Shown piece by piece: positions 1 through 10,205 of a stretch of 64,000 bases of DNA. Location: positions 391-64,390 of the forward strand of contig DAOMYF010000003.1 of the NCBI GenBank assembly GCA_035437465.1, in the 5' to 3' direction. Made by a program: the position numbers and the translations under genes. Every line of letters starts with the position of its first letter. Within the stretch, counting starts at the first letter, position 1. A model generated the notes under the pieces. It did no database searches and was not told the origin of the DNA. It saw nothing but the letters and a program-made list of their open reading frames with translations. The DNA comes from Bryobacteraceae bacterium. Its GTDB lineage: Bacteria; Acidobacteriota; Terriglobia; Bryobacterales; Bryobacteraceae.

Positions 1-690
1 GGGGTGGACGTGGCGTTTGACTGTTACCCGTACACGGCGGGGAGCACGGTTTTGACGCAGATTCTGCCGCAGTGGGCGCTGGATGGGGGGACGGAAGCGC
101 TGTTGCGAAGGCTGGCGGCGCCGGTGGAGCGGGAACGAATCGCGGAAGCGACGGCGGTGGCGCTGGAGTGGGCGTGGGAGGACGTACTGATTTCGGCGGT
201 GCGTTCGGAGGAAAATGCGGGGGCGGTGGGGAGAAATATTGCGGAATTGGCGGTGGAGCGGGGGCGGCGTCCGGTGGATATTGTCCTGGATTTATTGGCG
301 GACGAGCGGGCGGCGGTCAACATGCTCTGTTTCAATCAGAGCGAGGCGAATTTGCGGGCGACGCTGGCGCATCCGCTGGCGACGATCATCAGTGATGGAT
401 TCTATGTGGCGGGACGGCCGCATCCGCGGCTGTTCGGGACGTTTCCGCATTTTCTGGGGCATTATGTGCGGGAGCACGGATTGATGGGGTTGGAAGAGGG
501 CGTGCGGCGAATGACGGGGGGCGTGGCGGCGCGGTTCGGGATGAAGGACCGGGGTGTGCTGGCGGCGGGCAAGCGGGCGGACGTGGTGGTGTTCGACCCG
601 CGGACGATCGGCAGCGAGGCGACGTACGAGGCGCCGGAGCAGAGGCCGCGGGGGATCCGGGCGGTGCTGGTCAACGGCCGCGCGGCTTGA
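1..690 (+). CDS. N-acyl-D-amino-acid deacylase (D-aminoacylase) family amidohydrolase, C-terminal part (5' end outside window)
   Basis: ORF is open to the window edge. Contains DCYPYTAGSTVL, ISDGFYVAGRPHPRLFGTFPHFLG and KRADVVVFDP segments typical of the C-terminal half of D-aminoacylases. Confidence 0.75.
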   Translation, partial: GVDVAFDCYPYTAGSTVLTQILPQWALDGGTEALLRRLAAPVERERIAEATAVALEWAWEDVLISAVRSEENAGAVGRNIAELAVERGRRPVDIVLDLLADERAAVNMLCFNQSEANLRATLAHPLATIISDGFYVAGRPHPRLFGTFPHFLGHYVREHGLMGLEEGVRRMTGGVAARFGMKDRGVLAAGKRADVVVFDPRTIGSEATYEAPEQRPRGIRAVLVNGRAA

Positions 691-1657
691 GACGGGCAGA
701 GTATTTGGCGGAGAGCTTGCGGATTTCGTAATTGAATTTGAGAAATTCGCGTTCCCAGCGTTCAGATTCTTCTTTGGAATAGCGGTAGAAGCCGCGGCCG
801 TTGGCGATGCCTTTGCCGCCGGATTCGACGACTTTGGCGATGGAGGCGGGGATTTCGGGGCTGGTGTTGAGGTCGGGGAGCAGGTCCTTCATGACCCGGT
901 AGTAGGCTTCGACGCCCATCAGGTCCATGTAACGGAAGGGGCCGGCGAAGGGCATCCACCAGCCGACGTCGTTGCGGAGGGAGCGGTCGACGTCCTCGAA
1001 GGTGCAGATGCCGGAGTCGACGAGGTGGCAGGCTTCGCGGAACATGGCGTAGGAGATGCGATTGGTGATGAAGCCGCGGATATCTCGGCGGAGGAGGGAG
1101 GGTTGTTTGCCCCAGGCTTCGGCGAGTTGCATGGTGAGGTTGGCGAAGCGGGGGGTGGTCTGGCGGCCCATGATGATTTCCATGAAGCAGGTGATGTGGG
1201 CGGGTTCGTCCCAATGGACGCCGACGAAGCGGGCGGGGTGGCGGGCGCCTTCCTGGAGGAGGGTGAGGGGGATGGAGGAGGTGTTGCTGGCGATGATGGC
1301 GGCGCGGGGGAGGACGTCCTCGAGGGCGCGGTAGAGAGCCTTCTTGGTGTCGATGTCCTCGACGATGGATTCGACGGCGAGGCGGCAGTCTTTCAGAAGG
1401 CTATAGTCCTCGGTCAGGGTGAAGCGCTGCATGAGGGCGGCGGGGTCGTGGCGGAGCATGCCTTCGCGGGCCATTTCGCGGAGGAGGCGGCGGATGCGGG
1501 CGGGGGTGCCGCGGTGCTGGGCGGCGGAGCGGGTGACGCCGGTGACGGGGTGTCCGGCGGCGAGCAGGCAGGCGGCGATGCTGTGGCCCATCAAGCCCAT
1601 GCCGATGACGGCGGCGGGCCATTCGGCGGGGTGAAGAGGGGGCCTGGATTTGGGCAT
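671..1657 (-). CDS. 3-hydroxyacyl-CoA dehydrogenase family protein
   Basis: 328 aa. Has an N-terminal Rossmann motif VIGMGLMGHSIA, an NTSSIP motif, and a C-terminal dimerisation-domain-like region (GFITNRI...). Confidence 0.85.
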   Translation of the reverse strand: MPKSRPPLHPAEWPAAVIGMGLMGHSIAACLLAAGHPVTGVTRSAAQHRGTPARIRRLLREMAREGMLRHDPAALMQRFTLTEDYSLLKDCRLAVESIVEDIDTKKALYRALEDVLPRAAIIASNTSSIPLTLLQEGARHPARFVGVHWDEPAHITCFMEIIMGRQTTPRFANLTMQLAEAWGKQPSLLRRDIRGFITNRISYAMFREACHLVDSGICTFEDVDRSLRNDVGWWMPFAGPFRYMDLMGVEAYYRVMKDLLPDLNTSPEIPASIAKVVESGGKGIANGRGFYRYSKEESERWEREFLKFNYEIRKLSAKYSARLKPRGR

Positions 1658-1742
1658 GGGGTGAAGTCTCCTGTTGAGGGTCAGCGTACCTCAGGCGGGC
1701 TGCGGTAGGGTAACAGGATCGGAAGAAACTGGAGGAACGAAC

Positions 1743-2768
1743 GTGGAGCAGAAGGTGGTCCGGATTGGCGTGGCGGGGTTGGGATTCATGGGTTGCGCGC
1801 ACTTGCAGGCGCTGGCGCGAATCCCCTCGGTGGAAGTGGTGGCGGTGATGGACCGGGACGAAGAGCGGTTGGCAGGGGACCTGTCAAAGAGCGGGGGCAA
1901 CCTGGGGATCGCGGGGCTGCGGATGGATTTCTCGCGGATGCGGCGGTATCGCGAGTTCAGCGAACTGGTGGCGGATGACGGGATTGACGCGCTGGATTTG
2001 TGCGTGCCGACGCACCGGCACGCGGAGTGGACGGTGGAGGCTTTGCGGCGTGGGCGGCACGTGATGGTGGAGAAGCCGATGGCGCTGCGGTTCGAGGACG
2101 CGTCGCGGATGTGCGAGGAAGCGGAGAGAGCGGGGCGGGTGCTGATGGTGGCGCATGTGCTGCGGTTCATGCCGGAGTATTCGCAGTTGAGCGCTTTGGT
2201 GCGGTCGGGGCGATTGGGGCGGGTGCGGTCGGCGCTGTTCCGGAGGCGGACGGCGGTGCCGGAGTGGGCGGCGTGGGAGTTTGACAAGTCGAAGAACGGC
2301 GGCGGGGTGTTCGATCTGCTGATCCACGATGTGGACCTGGCGCTGCATCTGTTCGGGAGGCCGGAGGGGGTGTCGGCGTGGGGATTTGAGGATTTGCGGG
2401 GGGGCGTGGATCAGTTGACGGGGCAATTGCACTACGGGGAGGTGGAGTCGGTGACGGTGACGGGGGGGTGGTATCACCGGGGCGAGTATCCGTTTTCGAT
2501 GGAATACACGGTGGTGGGGGACGAGGGGGTGGTGGAGTTCAGTTCGGCGGGACGGCCGCCGGCGGTGTATTGGAAGGATGGGCGGAAGGAGGAGTTGCGG
2601 GTGGCGGCGGGGGACCCGTATCAGGCGGAGTTGGAGTATTTCGTGGAGTGTTGCGCGCAGGGGACGAAGCCGGTGGTGTGTCCGCCGGAGGAGTCGGCGC
2701 TGGCGGTGCGGGTGATGGGGTTGCTGAGCGAGGCGCGGGGGGCGGGCGGGGTCGTGGGGGTGTCGTGA
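1743..2768 (+). CDS. Gfo/Idh/MocA family oxidoreductase
   Basis: VRIGVAGLGFMG Rossmann start and an EKP motif (HVMVEKPMA). GTG at 1743 is preceded by GGAGGA. The maximal ORF starts at TTG 1674. Confidence 0.85.
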   Translation: MEQKVVRIGVAGLGFMGCAHLQALARIPSVEVVAVMDRDEERLAGDLSKSGGNLGIAGLRMDFSRMRRYREFSELVADDGIDALDLCVPTHRHAEWTVEALRRGRHVMVEKPMALRFEDASRMCEEAERAGRVLMVAHVLRFMPEYSQLSALVRSGRLGRVRSALFRRRTAVPEWAAWEFDKSKNGGGVFDLLIHDVDLALHLFGRPEGVSAWGFEDLRGGVDQLTGQLHYGEVESVTVTGGWYHRGEYPFSMEYTVVGDEGVVEFSSAGRPPAVYWKDGRKEELRVAAGDPYQAELEYFVECCAQGTKPVVCPPEESALAVRVMGLLSEARGAGGVVGVS

Positions 2769-2817
2769 CGACGGCCCACCGGCGCTTCGGTACAATAGGC
2801 GACCGGAGGTGTAGCCG

Positions 2818-3330
2818 ATGGCGATTAGCGAGATGCTGGTTCCTGAGTTTGATCAGGAGATGGCGATGACGAGGCGCGCGCTGGAGCGGGTCGAGGACGA
2901 GGCGATGCACTGGAAACCGCAGGAGCGGTCGATGAGTCTGGCGGAGTTGACGGGGCATCTGGCCGAGGTGCCGTCGTGGGTGCCGAAGATCATGGAGTCG
3001 CCCGAGATCGATCTGATGCCAAAGGACGGGCCGCAGTATGAGCCGTTCGTGCCGAAGACGTATCTGGACGTGCTGAAGCAGTTCGACAAGAACGTGGAAG
3101 CGGCGCGGGCGGCGCTGTTGGCGGCGAGCGACGAGGCGTATCTGGCGCAGTGGACGCTGAAGGCCGCGGGCAAGGAAGTGTTCAGCCTCCCGCGGGTCGC
3201 GGTGCTGCGGACGATGGTGCTGAACCACCAGATTCACCACCGCGGGCAGTTGACGGTGTATTACCGGCTGCTCGGGATTCCGGTACCGGCGCTCTACGGG
3301 CCGTCGGCGGACGAAGGCGGGCTGGAATAG
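2818..3330 (+). CDS. DinB family protein (metal-dependent four-helix bundle)
   Basis: 170 aa with a C-terminal HQIHHRGQLTVY motif, which is characteristic of DinB/YfiT-like proteins. Confidence 0.8.
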   Translation: MAISEMLVPEFDQEMAMTRRALERVEDEAMHWKPQERSMSLAELTGHLAEVPSWVPKIMESPEIDLMPKDGPQYEPFVPKTYLDVLKQFDKNVEAARAALLAASDEAYLAQWTLKAAGKEVFSLPRVAVLRTMVLNHQIHHRGQLTVYYRLLGIPVPALYGPSADEGGLE

Positions 3331-3351
3331 CGCGGGCCGGCTTGCGATAGG

Positions 3352-4167
3352 ATGCGGGCAGGCATGAATTCCGCGAGAGCTTTCCAATGCCTGCCCGGCT
3401 TAGTGTTGCTGGCGGCGGTGACGGCGGCGGCGCAGGCGCCGGCGCGGCTGGTGTGGTCGGATGAGTTCGACAGGCCGGGACTGCCTGATCCGGCGAAGTG
3501 GGCGTATCAGACCGGGGGGCATGGCTGGGGCAATCAGGAGAAGCAGTATTACACGGAGGCGCGGGCGGAGAACGCGCGGGTCGCGAACGGGCATCTGTTG
3601 ATCACGGCGCGGCGCGAGGCATTCGAGGGGCGGGAATACACATCGGCGCGCCTGGTGACGGCGGGCCGGCAGACGTGGCGCTACGGGTACTTCGAGATTC
3701 GCGCCAAACTGCCCTGCGGGCGCGGAACGTGGCCGGCGATCTGGATGCTGGGCACGGACACGTCGCTGGGCAAGTGGCCCGCGATTGGGGAGATCGACAT
3801 CATGGAGCATGTCGGCCACGACCCGGGACGCGTGCACGCGACGATTCATTGCACGGCCTACAACCACACGAAAGGCACGCAAAAGGGCGGGTTCTTGCAG
3901 GCGCCCGGGGTTTGCGCGGATTTTCACGTGTATGCGGTGAACTGGACGCCGGAGTTTCTGGAGTTTTATCTGGACGGGCGGCCGTATTTCCGCTTTGCGA
4001 ACGAAGGGAAGACGCGGGCGGAGTGGCCGTTCGATCAGCCGTTCTATTTGTTGCTGAATGTCGCGGTGGGCGGCACTTGGGGCGGGCAGAAGGGGGTGGA
4101 CGACGAGGCGTTCCCGCGGACGCTCGCGATTGATTATGTGCGCGTTTACGACCGCAAGCCGGAATAA
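3352..4167 (+). CDS. Secreted glycoside hydrolase family 16 (beta-glucanase/laminarinase-like)
   Basis: Has a signal peptide (LVLLAAVTAAAQAP) and the catalytic ExDxxE motif as EIDIMEH. The WPAIWML and NVAVGG segments are typical of GH16. Confidence 0.85.
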   Translation: MRAGMNSARAFQCLPGLVLLAAVTAAAQAPARLVWSDEFDRPGLPDPAKWAYQTGGHGWGNQEKQYYTEARAENARVANGHLLITARREAFEGREYTSARLVTAGRQTWRYGYFEIRAKLPCGRGTWPAIWMLGTDTSLGKWPAIGEIDIMEHVGHDPGRVHATIHCTAYNHTKGTQKGGFLQAPGVCADFHVYAVNWTPEFLEFYLDGRPYFRFANEGKTRAEWPFDQPFYLLLNVAVGGTWGGQKGVDDEAFPRTLAIDYVRVYDRKPE

Positions 4168-4977
4168 ATGGTTATGTCATTCACATTTCGTCCATTGACC
4201 GAAGAAGATCTCGAAGCCGGGCTGGCGTTGAGCGAAGGCGCGGGCTGGAATCAGTTGCGGCGCGACTGGCGGGTGTTTCTGGACAGGAACCCGGCGGGCA
4301 GCGTGGCGGCGGAGCGCGAGGGGCAGGTGGTGGGCACGGCGGCGACGCTGGACTACGGGCCGTTTGCGTGGATCAGCATGGTGCTGGTGGACCCGGCGCA
4401 ACGCGGGCAGGGCCTCGGGACGGCGCTGCTCGAACGGACGCTGGAGATTCTGAGAGAATCGCCTTGCGCGCGGCTGGATGCAACGCCGCTGGGTGAGCCG
4501 GTGTATCGCAAATTGGGGTTCGTGGACGAGTATCCGCTGGAGCGCTGGGAGCGGGCGGCGGGGTTGGCGCCGGCGGCAGCCGGGGTGGCGGCGCTGAATT
4601 CGGTGGAGGAGGTGGCTGCGCTGGACGCGGAGGTGTTTGGCGCGGACCGGCGGTGGCTGCTCGACTGGCTGCTGGCGGGGGCGCGGCACCTGGCGTGGCG
4701 GTGCGGGGATGGATTCCTGTTGGGCCGGGAAGGGCGGCGGTTCACACAGTTGGGGCCGCTGATCTGCGCGAATGACGACGAAGCCGTGGAGCTGATTCAT
4801 GCCGGGTTGGCGGCAAGCGGGCGCGGGGCGGTAATCGATGTGCCGGCGGGTAAGGGGAGCGTCGTGGCGTCTCTGGGATTCGTGAAGCAGAGGACATTGC
4901 TGCGGATGCGCCGCGGCGCGGCGTCGCCTGCTCTCGACCCGCGCCTGTTCGCCATCGCCGGGCCCGAACTCGGGTGA
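4168..4977 (+). CDS. GNAT family N-acetyltransferase
   Basis: Acetyl-CoA-binding-like segment VDPAQRGQGLGTALLE. Starts immediately after the GH16 stop codon. Confidence 0.7.
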   Translation: MVMSFTFRPLTEEDLEAGLALSEGAGWNQLRRDWRVFLDRNPAGSVAAEREGQVVGTAATLDYGPFAWISMVLVDPAQRGQGLGTALLERTLEILRESPCARLDATPLGEPVYRKLGFVDEYPLERWERAAGLAPAAAGVAALNSVEEVAALDAEVFGADRRWLLDWLLAGARHLAWRCGDGFLLGREGRRFTQLGPLICANDDEAVELIHAGLAASGRGAVIDVPAGKGSVVASLGFVKQRTLLRMRRGAASPALDPRLFAIAGPELG

Positions 4978-4994
4978 CCCCGGCCGGGCGTAGA

Positions 4995-6104
4995 ATGGCT
5001 GCCATGAAGTCTCTCGCACTTGTGCTTGTTTTGAGCCCGGTTTGGGTGGCTGCCCAGACGCCCCCGGCGCCGGCATGGATATCGCCCGAGGTTCACGGAG
5101 ATCAGCGCGTGACGTTCCGGATCGCCGCGCCGAAGGCGCAAGCCGTGACGCTTCGCGGCGAGTGGATGAAGGGGACCGAGTCCCTGGCGCTGACGAAGGA
5201 CAGCGAAGGGCTGTGGTCGGTGACGACGGCGCCGCTGCCTGCGGATCTGTACTCGTATTCGTTCATGGTGGATGGCGTGAAGACGATCGACACGCGGAAT
5301 CCGCTGTTGAAGACGGGCGCGCGATCGAGCGACAGCGCGGTGGACGTGCCGGGCGCGGCGGCGGCGCACCATGCGTTGCGGGCGGTGCCCCACGGGACGG
5401 TGCATATCGAACTCTATTCGTCGGGGGCGACGGGCACGTTGCGCAGGCTGCATGTCTATACCCCGCCCGGATATGAAGCGGGGCGGGGGCGGTACCCCGT
5501 GCTGTATCTGCTGCATGGTTCCGGCGACACGGATCGCGAATGGACGAGCTATGGCCGGGCGAATCTGATTGCCGACAACCTGATCGCGGACGGCAAGCTG
5601 AAGCCGCTGGTCATCGTGATGACGGACGGCCACCCGGCGGACCCGAACAACCCGGCGCTGCGGGCGCGCAACACGGAGTTGTTCGCGAAGGATCTGCTGG
5701 AGTCGGTGATTCCGTTTGTCGAGAAGAAGTACCGGATCGAGGCGCGGCGCGAGCGCCGGGCGCTGGCGGGGCTTTCGATGGGCGGGGCGCAGACGCTGGC
5801 CACGGGCCTGAAGGCGCTGGATCATTTCTCGGCGCTGGGTGTCTTCAGCATGGGGCCGCGCGGAGAGACGTTCGAGGAGGAGCACCGGGCGGTGCTCGCT
5901 GATGCCACAGGGACCAATCAGCGGCTGCGGCTGTTCTGGATCGCCTGCGGGAAGGACGATTTTCTGTGGGAGCCGGCGTTGCGGCTGCATGAGACGCTGG
6001 ACAAGCGCGGGATCCGGCATGTCTGGAAGCCGACCGAGGGGGCGCATAACTGGTTGGTGTGGCGGCGGTACCTGTCGGAGTTTCTGCCGCTTTTGTTTCA
6101 ATAA
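4995..6104 (+). CDS. Secreted esterase (putative esterase / enterochelin-esterase-like alpha/beta hydrolase with N-terminal Ig-like domain)
   Basis: Signal peptide MKSLALVLVLSPVWVAAQ, LLHGSGDTDREW, and a nucleophile elbow GLSMGG. The start could be 4974, 4995 or 5004. Confidence 0.8.
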   Translation: MAAMKSLALVLVLSPVWVAAQTPPAPAWISPEVHGDQRVTFRIAAPKAQAVTLRGEWMKGTESLALTKDSEGLWSVTTAPLPADLYSYSFMVDGVKTIDTRNPLLKTGARSSDSAVDVPGAAAAHHALRAVPHGTVHIELYSSGATGTLRRLHVYTPPGYEAGRGRYPVLYLLHGSGDTDREWTSYGRANLIADNLIADGKLKPLVIVMTDGHPADPNNPALRARNTELFAKDLLESVIPFVEKKYRIEARRERRALAGLSMGGAQTLATGLKALDHFSALGVFSMGPRGETFEEEHRAVLADATGTNQRLRLFWIACGKDDFLWEPALRLHETLDKRGIRHVWKPTEGAHNWLVWRRYLSEFLPLLFQ

Positions 6105-6143
6105 CATGACAGCGGGGCCACCTGCTAGAGTGGTAGTTCCGCC

Positions 6144-8246
6144 ATGCTCACCGCGCCGCGCCGCCGCCCCCGCCGGACCGCCGCCCCGGCGCTGAACCTG
6201 CATGACCCCAAGCTTTACCTGAACCGCGAGTTGAGCATGCTCGCTTTCCAGCGCCGGGTGCTTGAAGAGGCTCTGGACGAATCGAACCCGCTGCTGGAGC
6301 GCGTCAAGTTTCTGTCGATCCTCGGGTCGAACCTGAATGAATTCTTCATGGTCAGGGTGGCGGGTCTGTTCGGGCAACTGGAGTCGGGTGTGCTGGAGAC
6401 GGGCCCCGATGGACTGACGCCCGCGCAGCAGATCGAGGCGATCCGGCTTGAATACGAGCAGATCATGCTCGACGCGCATGACTGCCTGAAGTCGTTGCTG
6501 GCCGCGCTGGAGCCGTTCGGGATCCGGACGGTGGAGTACCGGAACCTGACCGTGGAAGAGCGGGCGGCGGCGCGGCAGTATTTCGAGGACACCATCTATC
6601 CGGTCCTGACGCCGCTGGCGTTCGACCCCGGGCGGCCCTTCCCGCACATCTCGAATCTCAGCCTGAATCTCTCGGTGCTGATTCGCGATCCCGAGGGCAA
6701 CGAGCGGTTCGCCCGCATCAAGGTGCCGGACAAATTGCCGCAACTGATACCGCTGCGCAAGAACTTCCGGGGCCGGAGCGGCCCGTTGACCTTCGTTTGG
6801 ATCGAACAGGTGATCGAGGCGCATCTGGACGCGCTGTTTCCCGGCATGCGAATCCTGGAAGCGCATCCGTTCCACGTCACGCGGGACGCCGAGATGGAGA
6901 TCCAGGAACTGGAGTCGGAAGACCTGCTCGAGGAGGTGGAGGAGGGCGTCCGCCAGCGGCGCTTCGGGGCGGTGGTCCGGTTGAAAGTGCCCACCGGGAT
7001 GCCCGAGTCCATCCTGAACATTCTGAAGACGAACCTGGAGATCGACGACACCGAGGTCTTCCACGTGAACGGCCCGCTGGCGTTGAACCGCCTGCGCGAT
7101 CTGGCTTCGCTGGACCGGCCGGAGTTGAAGGACCCGCCCTTTTCTCCGCGGGTTCCGCGCGCGTTGCGGGGCGAGGACGACGTCTTCACGGTGATCCGGC
7201 GCAACGATATTCTGCTGCACCACCCCTTCGACTCGTTTCAGCCCGTGGTGGACTTCCTCCGCACGGCCGCGCGCGATCCCCACGTGCTGGCCATCAAGAT
7301 GACGCTCTACCGCGTGGGTCCGAAGTCGCCGGTGGTGCAGGCGCTCCTGGACGCGAACCGCAATGGCAAGCAGGTGGCGGTGCTGGTGGAGTTGAAGGCG
7401 CGTTTCGATGAAGAGAGCAATATCGAATGGGCGCGCGCGCTGGAAGCCGAGGGCGTACACGTAGTCTATGGGCTGGTCGGATTGAAGGTGCACTCGAAGG
7501 TGGCGCTGGTCGTCCGGCAGGAAGGCGGCGCGGTCCGGCGCTACCTCCATCTCGGCACCGGCAACTACAACGCGGTGACCGCGGGGATGTACACGGATCT
7601 GGGCCTGTTCACCTGCGACGAAGAGCTCGGCGCGGACGCCACCGATTTGTTCAACTACCTGACCGGCTACTCGGCCAAGAACGACTACCGGCGCCTGCTG
7701 GTGGCTCCGGTGAACCTTCGCCGCGCACTCGAGGCCCTGATCCAGCGGGAGATTGATCATGCCCGCGCCGGACGCCCGGCCCGCTTGATCCTGAAAACCA
7801 ACGCGCTGGTCGATGGCCGGATCATCCGCCTGCTCTACCAGGCATCGCAGGCCGGGGTGCAGGTGGACCTGCTGGTTCGCGGAATCTGCTGCCTTCGTCC
7901 CGGAGTGCCGGGGCTGAGCGACCGGATCCGCGTCGTCAGCATTGTCGGCCGGTTCCTCGAACACACCCGGATTTACTATTTCCACAACAATGGCGAGGAC
8001 GAAATCTACCTCGGCTCGGCCGACCTGATGCCGCGCAACATCAACCGGCGCGTGGAGACGATCTTTCCGCTACGCCGCGCGGCGATGGTCAAACACCTCC
8101 GTGACCGCGTCCTGGCGGTGTATTTGAACGACAACGTGAAAGCGCGCGTGATGAACGAGGCAGGCGAATATCCGAGGGCGGGCCGCTCGGGCCGGGAGCA
8201 AGCGCTCAACGCCCAGGAGACCCTGCTTGCGCGGCGGCACCGCTAA
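6144..8246 (+). CDS. ppk: Polyphosphate kinase 1
   Basis: 700 aa. N-terminus reads LYLNRELSMLAFQRRVLEEA. Contains two PLD-like HxK regions (VHSKVALV), and the length and architecture are typical of PPK1. Confidence 0.95.
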   Translation: MLTAPRRRPRRTAAPALNLHDPKLYLNRELSMLAFQRRVLEEALDESNPLLERVKFLSILGSNLNEFFMVRVAGLFGQLESGVLETGPDGLTPAQQIEAIRLEYEQIMLDAHDCLKSLLAALEPFGIRTVEYRNLTVEERAAARQYFEDTIYPVLTPLAFDPGRPFPHISNLSLNLSVLIRDPEGNERFARIKVPDKLPQLIPLRKNFRGRSGPLTFVWIEQVIEAHLDALFPGMRILEAHPFHVTRDAEMEIQELESEDLLEEVEEGVRQRRFGAVVRLKVPTGMPESILNILKTNLEIDDTEVFHVNGPLALNRLRDLASLDRPELKDPPFSPRVPRALRGEDDVFTVIRRNDILLHHPFDSFQPVVDFLRTAARDPHVLAIKMTLYRVGPKSPVVQALLDANRNGKQVAVLVELKARFDEESNIEWARALEAEGVHVVYGLVGLKVHSKVALVVRQEGGAVRRYLHLGTGNYNAVTAGMYTDLGLFTCDEELGADATDLFNYLTGYSAKNDYRRLLVAPVNLRRALEALIQREIDHARAGRPARLILKTNALVDGRIIRLLYQASQAGVQVDLLVRGICCLRPGVPGLSDRIRVVSIVGRFLEHTRIYYFHNNGEDEIYLGSADLMPRNINRRVETIFPLRRAAMVKHLRDRVLAVYLNDNVKARVMNEAGEYPRAGRSGREQALNAQETLLARRHR

Positions 8247-8302
8247 CGCGTCCGTTTTCCCGAAACCCTGAGTGCGCGGGCGGGGTCCAATTCTATAGTT
8301 TC

Positions 8303-9058
8303 ATGCGCCGTTCGTTCGCCTTGGGTCTGCTGTTGCTTGCCGCGTTCCCCGCCGATGGGGCCGGCCGGCGTCTGCGCCGATCTGACATCACGACGCCCGC
8401 TCCGCTGCCCGAACGCAGCCTGCTGATCGTCGGCTTTCTGGGCGGCTGGGAGGATTGGGATCATCCGCAGCGTTCGGTCCGCCAACTCGCGCTCCGGCTC
8501 CGCGACTCATCCCCTGATCATGTCTTCATCGAAACCGCCGGCAATCACAGCCGGGGCACCGTCCGCAAATTCATCCGGGAGGCGCTTGACCGCAATCAGG
8601 ACGGCCGCCTCGCGCCGGAGGAAGCCGCCGCGGCCCAGATCATCTGCTACGGCCAGAGCTATGGCGGCGCGGCTTGCGTCTATCTCGCCCGCGAGCTCGA
8701 GCGCTGGCGCGTGCCCGTCCGGCTCACCATTCAGGTGGACAGCATCGGCCGCCGCGATCACACCATCCCCGCCAATGTCCGCCGCGCCGTCAACCTCTAT
8801 CAGCGCGACCCGGGTCCTCTGCGCGGCCGTGGCCAGATTCGCGCCGCCGACCCTGGCCGGACCACCATCCTTGCCAATATTCGTCACACCTACCTGTTTC
8901 GCGACATCGATCTCTCCAACTACCCGCCGCTCGTTCGCCGCTTTGGCATCTCGCATTGGAAAATGGATAATGATCCGATCGTGTGGACCGAAGTGGAAGC
9001 CTTCGTCCGCGCGGAAATCGCACTCTGGCAGTCCGAACAACACGCCATTCAACCATGA
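8303..9058 (+). CDS. Hypothetical secreted protein with lipase-like GxSxG motif
   Basis: Signal-like N-terminus MRRSFALGLLLLAAFPADG and a GQSYGG nucleophile-elbow-like motif. I recognise no other family signature. Confidence 0.6.
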   Translation: MRRSFALGLLLLAAFPADGAGRRLRRSDITTPAPLPERSLLIVGFLGGWEDWDHPQRSVRQLALRLRDSSPDHVFIETAGNHSRGTVRKFIREALDRNQDGRLAPEEAAAAQIICYGQSYGGAACVYLARELERWRVPVRLTIQVDSIGRRDHTIPANVRRAVNLYQRDPGPLRGRGQIRAADPGRTTILANIRHTYLFRDIDLSNYPPLVRRFGISHWKMDNDPIVWTEVEAFVRAEIALWQSEQHAIQP

Positions 9059-10197
9059 AGACCTGTATCGCCCTTTTTCTGACTTGCTCCTTCGCCGCCG
9101 CCCAGGACCCCGTCGCGTGGCTGCCGCCCGCCGAGTCCCTCGATCCCGCACCGGTCAGTCTCGCCGATCTCGAGAAGCTCGAGCGGCGGTATCGGGATCA
9201 GCTTGAAACCCAGCAGAAGGCCCTCGACGATGTCACCCGCGAAATCCAGCGGCTCAAATCCGAGAAGACCTCACTCGAGGATTACAAGAAGATCCAGGAG
9301 TCGAAGGAAACCCGCCAGGTCGAGTTCAACTGGACCAAGATCAGCGAGCGGATCGACAAAGCCGCCGCCTACTATGACCTCTCCTGGCAGTTCACCGAGA
9401 GTTCCGGCTCCGTCCTCGAAATCTCCGACGGCATGTTCAAGGCCCTCAATGCCCTCGCCTCGCAGGAAACCCCCATCGCCGCCGACCGCCTCAATAAGGC
9501 CATGGATTTCCTTGAAAACGAAGCCCGCCGCCGCAAACGGATGGAGATCGCCGGCGTCGTCAGCCAGGGTGCCGTCAATGTACTCAAGCTCGACCTCGGC
9601 GTGAACCTCCTGCAGCAGTTCCAGGGCAAGACCGAAGACTATCGCGGCAGCTACCGGACCCTGCTGTGCCTCAAGGAGTTTCACATGCGCCAGGGCGCCA
9701 ACCGAAACCTGTTTCGCGCCCAGTTGAAGGCCCTTGAAGAGCAAAGAACGCGCAATCTGACCGCCGTCGACGCCCTGAACGCCAAACTCCGCGAACTCGT
9801 CACCCCCCAGGGCGTCTCGAAGAACATCACCGCGGCCGAATTTCGCGCCCGGGCCAAGGACTATTTCCTGTCGCTCAAGCCGCCCAAGACCGACGTGGTC
9901 GTCGCCAATGCCCCCTGGTCCTACGCCGAGACCCGCCTCGAAGCCACCTGGAGCCTACTCCGCGAATCCCAGCGCGTCATCCGCCAGTACCTCGCCTTCG
10001 TCGATGCCCTCGAGAACTTCGCCTCGAACAACGCCGGCTATCTGATGGAACTGCGCGAACCCTGCTCGATCGACCCCACTCTCCGCTATGAAGTTGGCGG
10101 TTCGATTGACGAGTTCAAAAACTCCAGTCAGGCTTTCGGTGCGGCGAAGGCGCGCATCCAGAAATCCGCGCCGGTTCAGGTGCTGCTGGACCTGTAA
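9055..10197 (+). CDS. Hypothetical secreted coiled-coil protein
   Basis: ATG at 9055 overlaps the upstream stop codon (ATGA). Has a signal peptide MKTCIALFLTCSFAAAQ and long heptad-like E/K/Q/L-rich stretches. The maximal ORF starts at 8983. Confidence 0.6.
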   Translation: MKTCIALFLTCSFAAAQDPVAWLPPAESLDPAPVSLADLEKLERRYRDQLETQQKALDDVTREIQRLKSEKTSLEDYKKIQESKETRQVEFNWTKISERIDKAAAYYDLSWQFTESSGSVLEISDGMFKALNALASQETPIAADRLNKAMDFLENEARRRKRMEIAGVVSQGAVNVLKLDLGVNLLQQFQGKTEDYRGSYRTLLCLKEFHMRQGANRNLFRAQLKALEEQRTRNLTAVDALNAKLRELVTPQGVSKNITAAEFRARAKDYFLSLKPPKTDVVVANAPWSYAETRLEATWSLLRESQRVIRQYLAFVDALENFASNNAGYLMELREPCSIDPTLRYEVGGSIDEFKNSSQAFGAAKARIQKSAPVQVLLDL

Positions 10198-10205
10198 GCC
10201 GCGCG

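Noticed and set aside
4797-7985. 1062-aa ORF on the minus strand spanning the esterase and ppk1 loci
   Set aside because: It lies antisense to two genes with unmistakable family motifs. Its translation is Arg/Pro/Gln/His-rich low-complexity sequence with no motifs. This is a typical high-GC antisense artefact.
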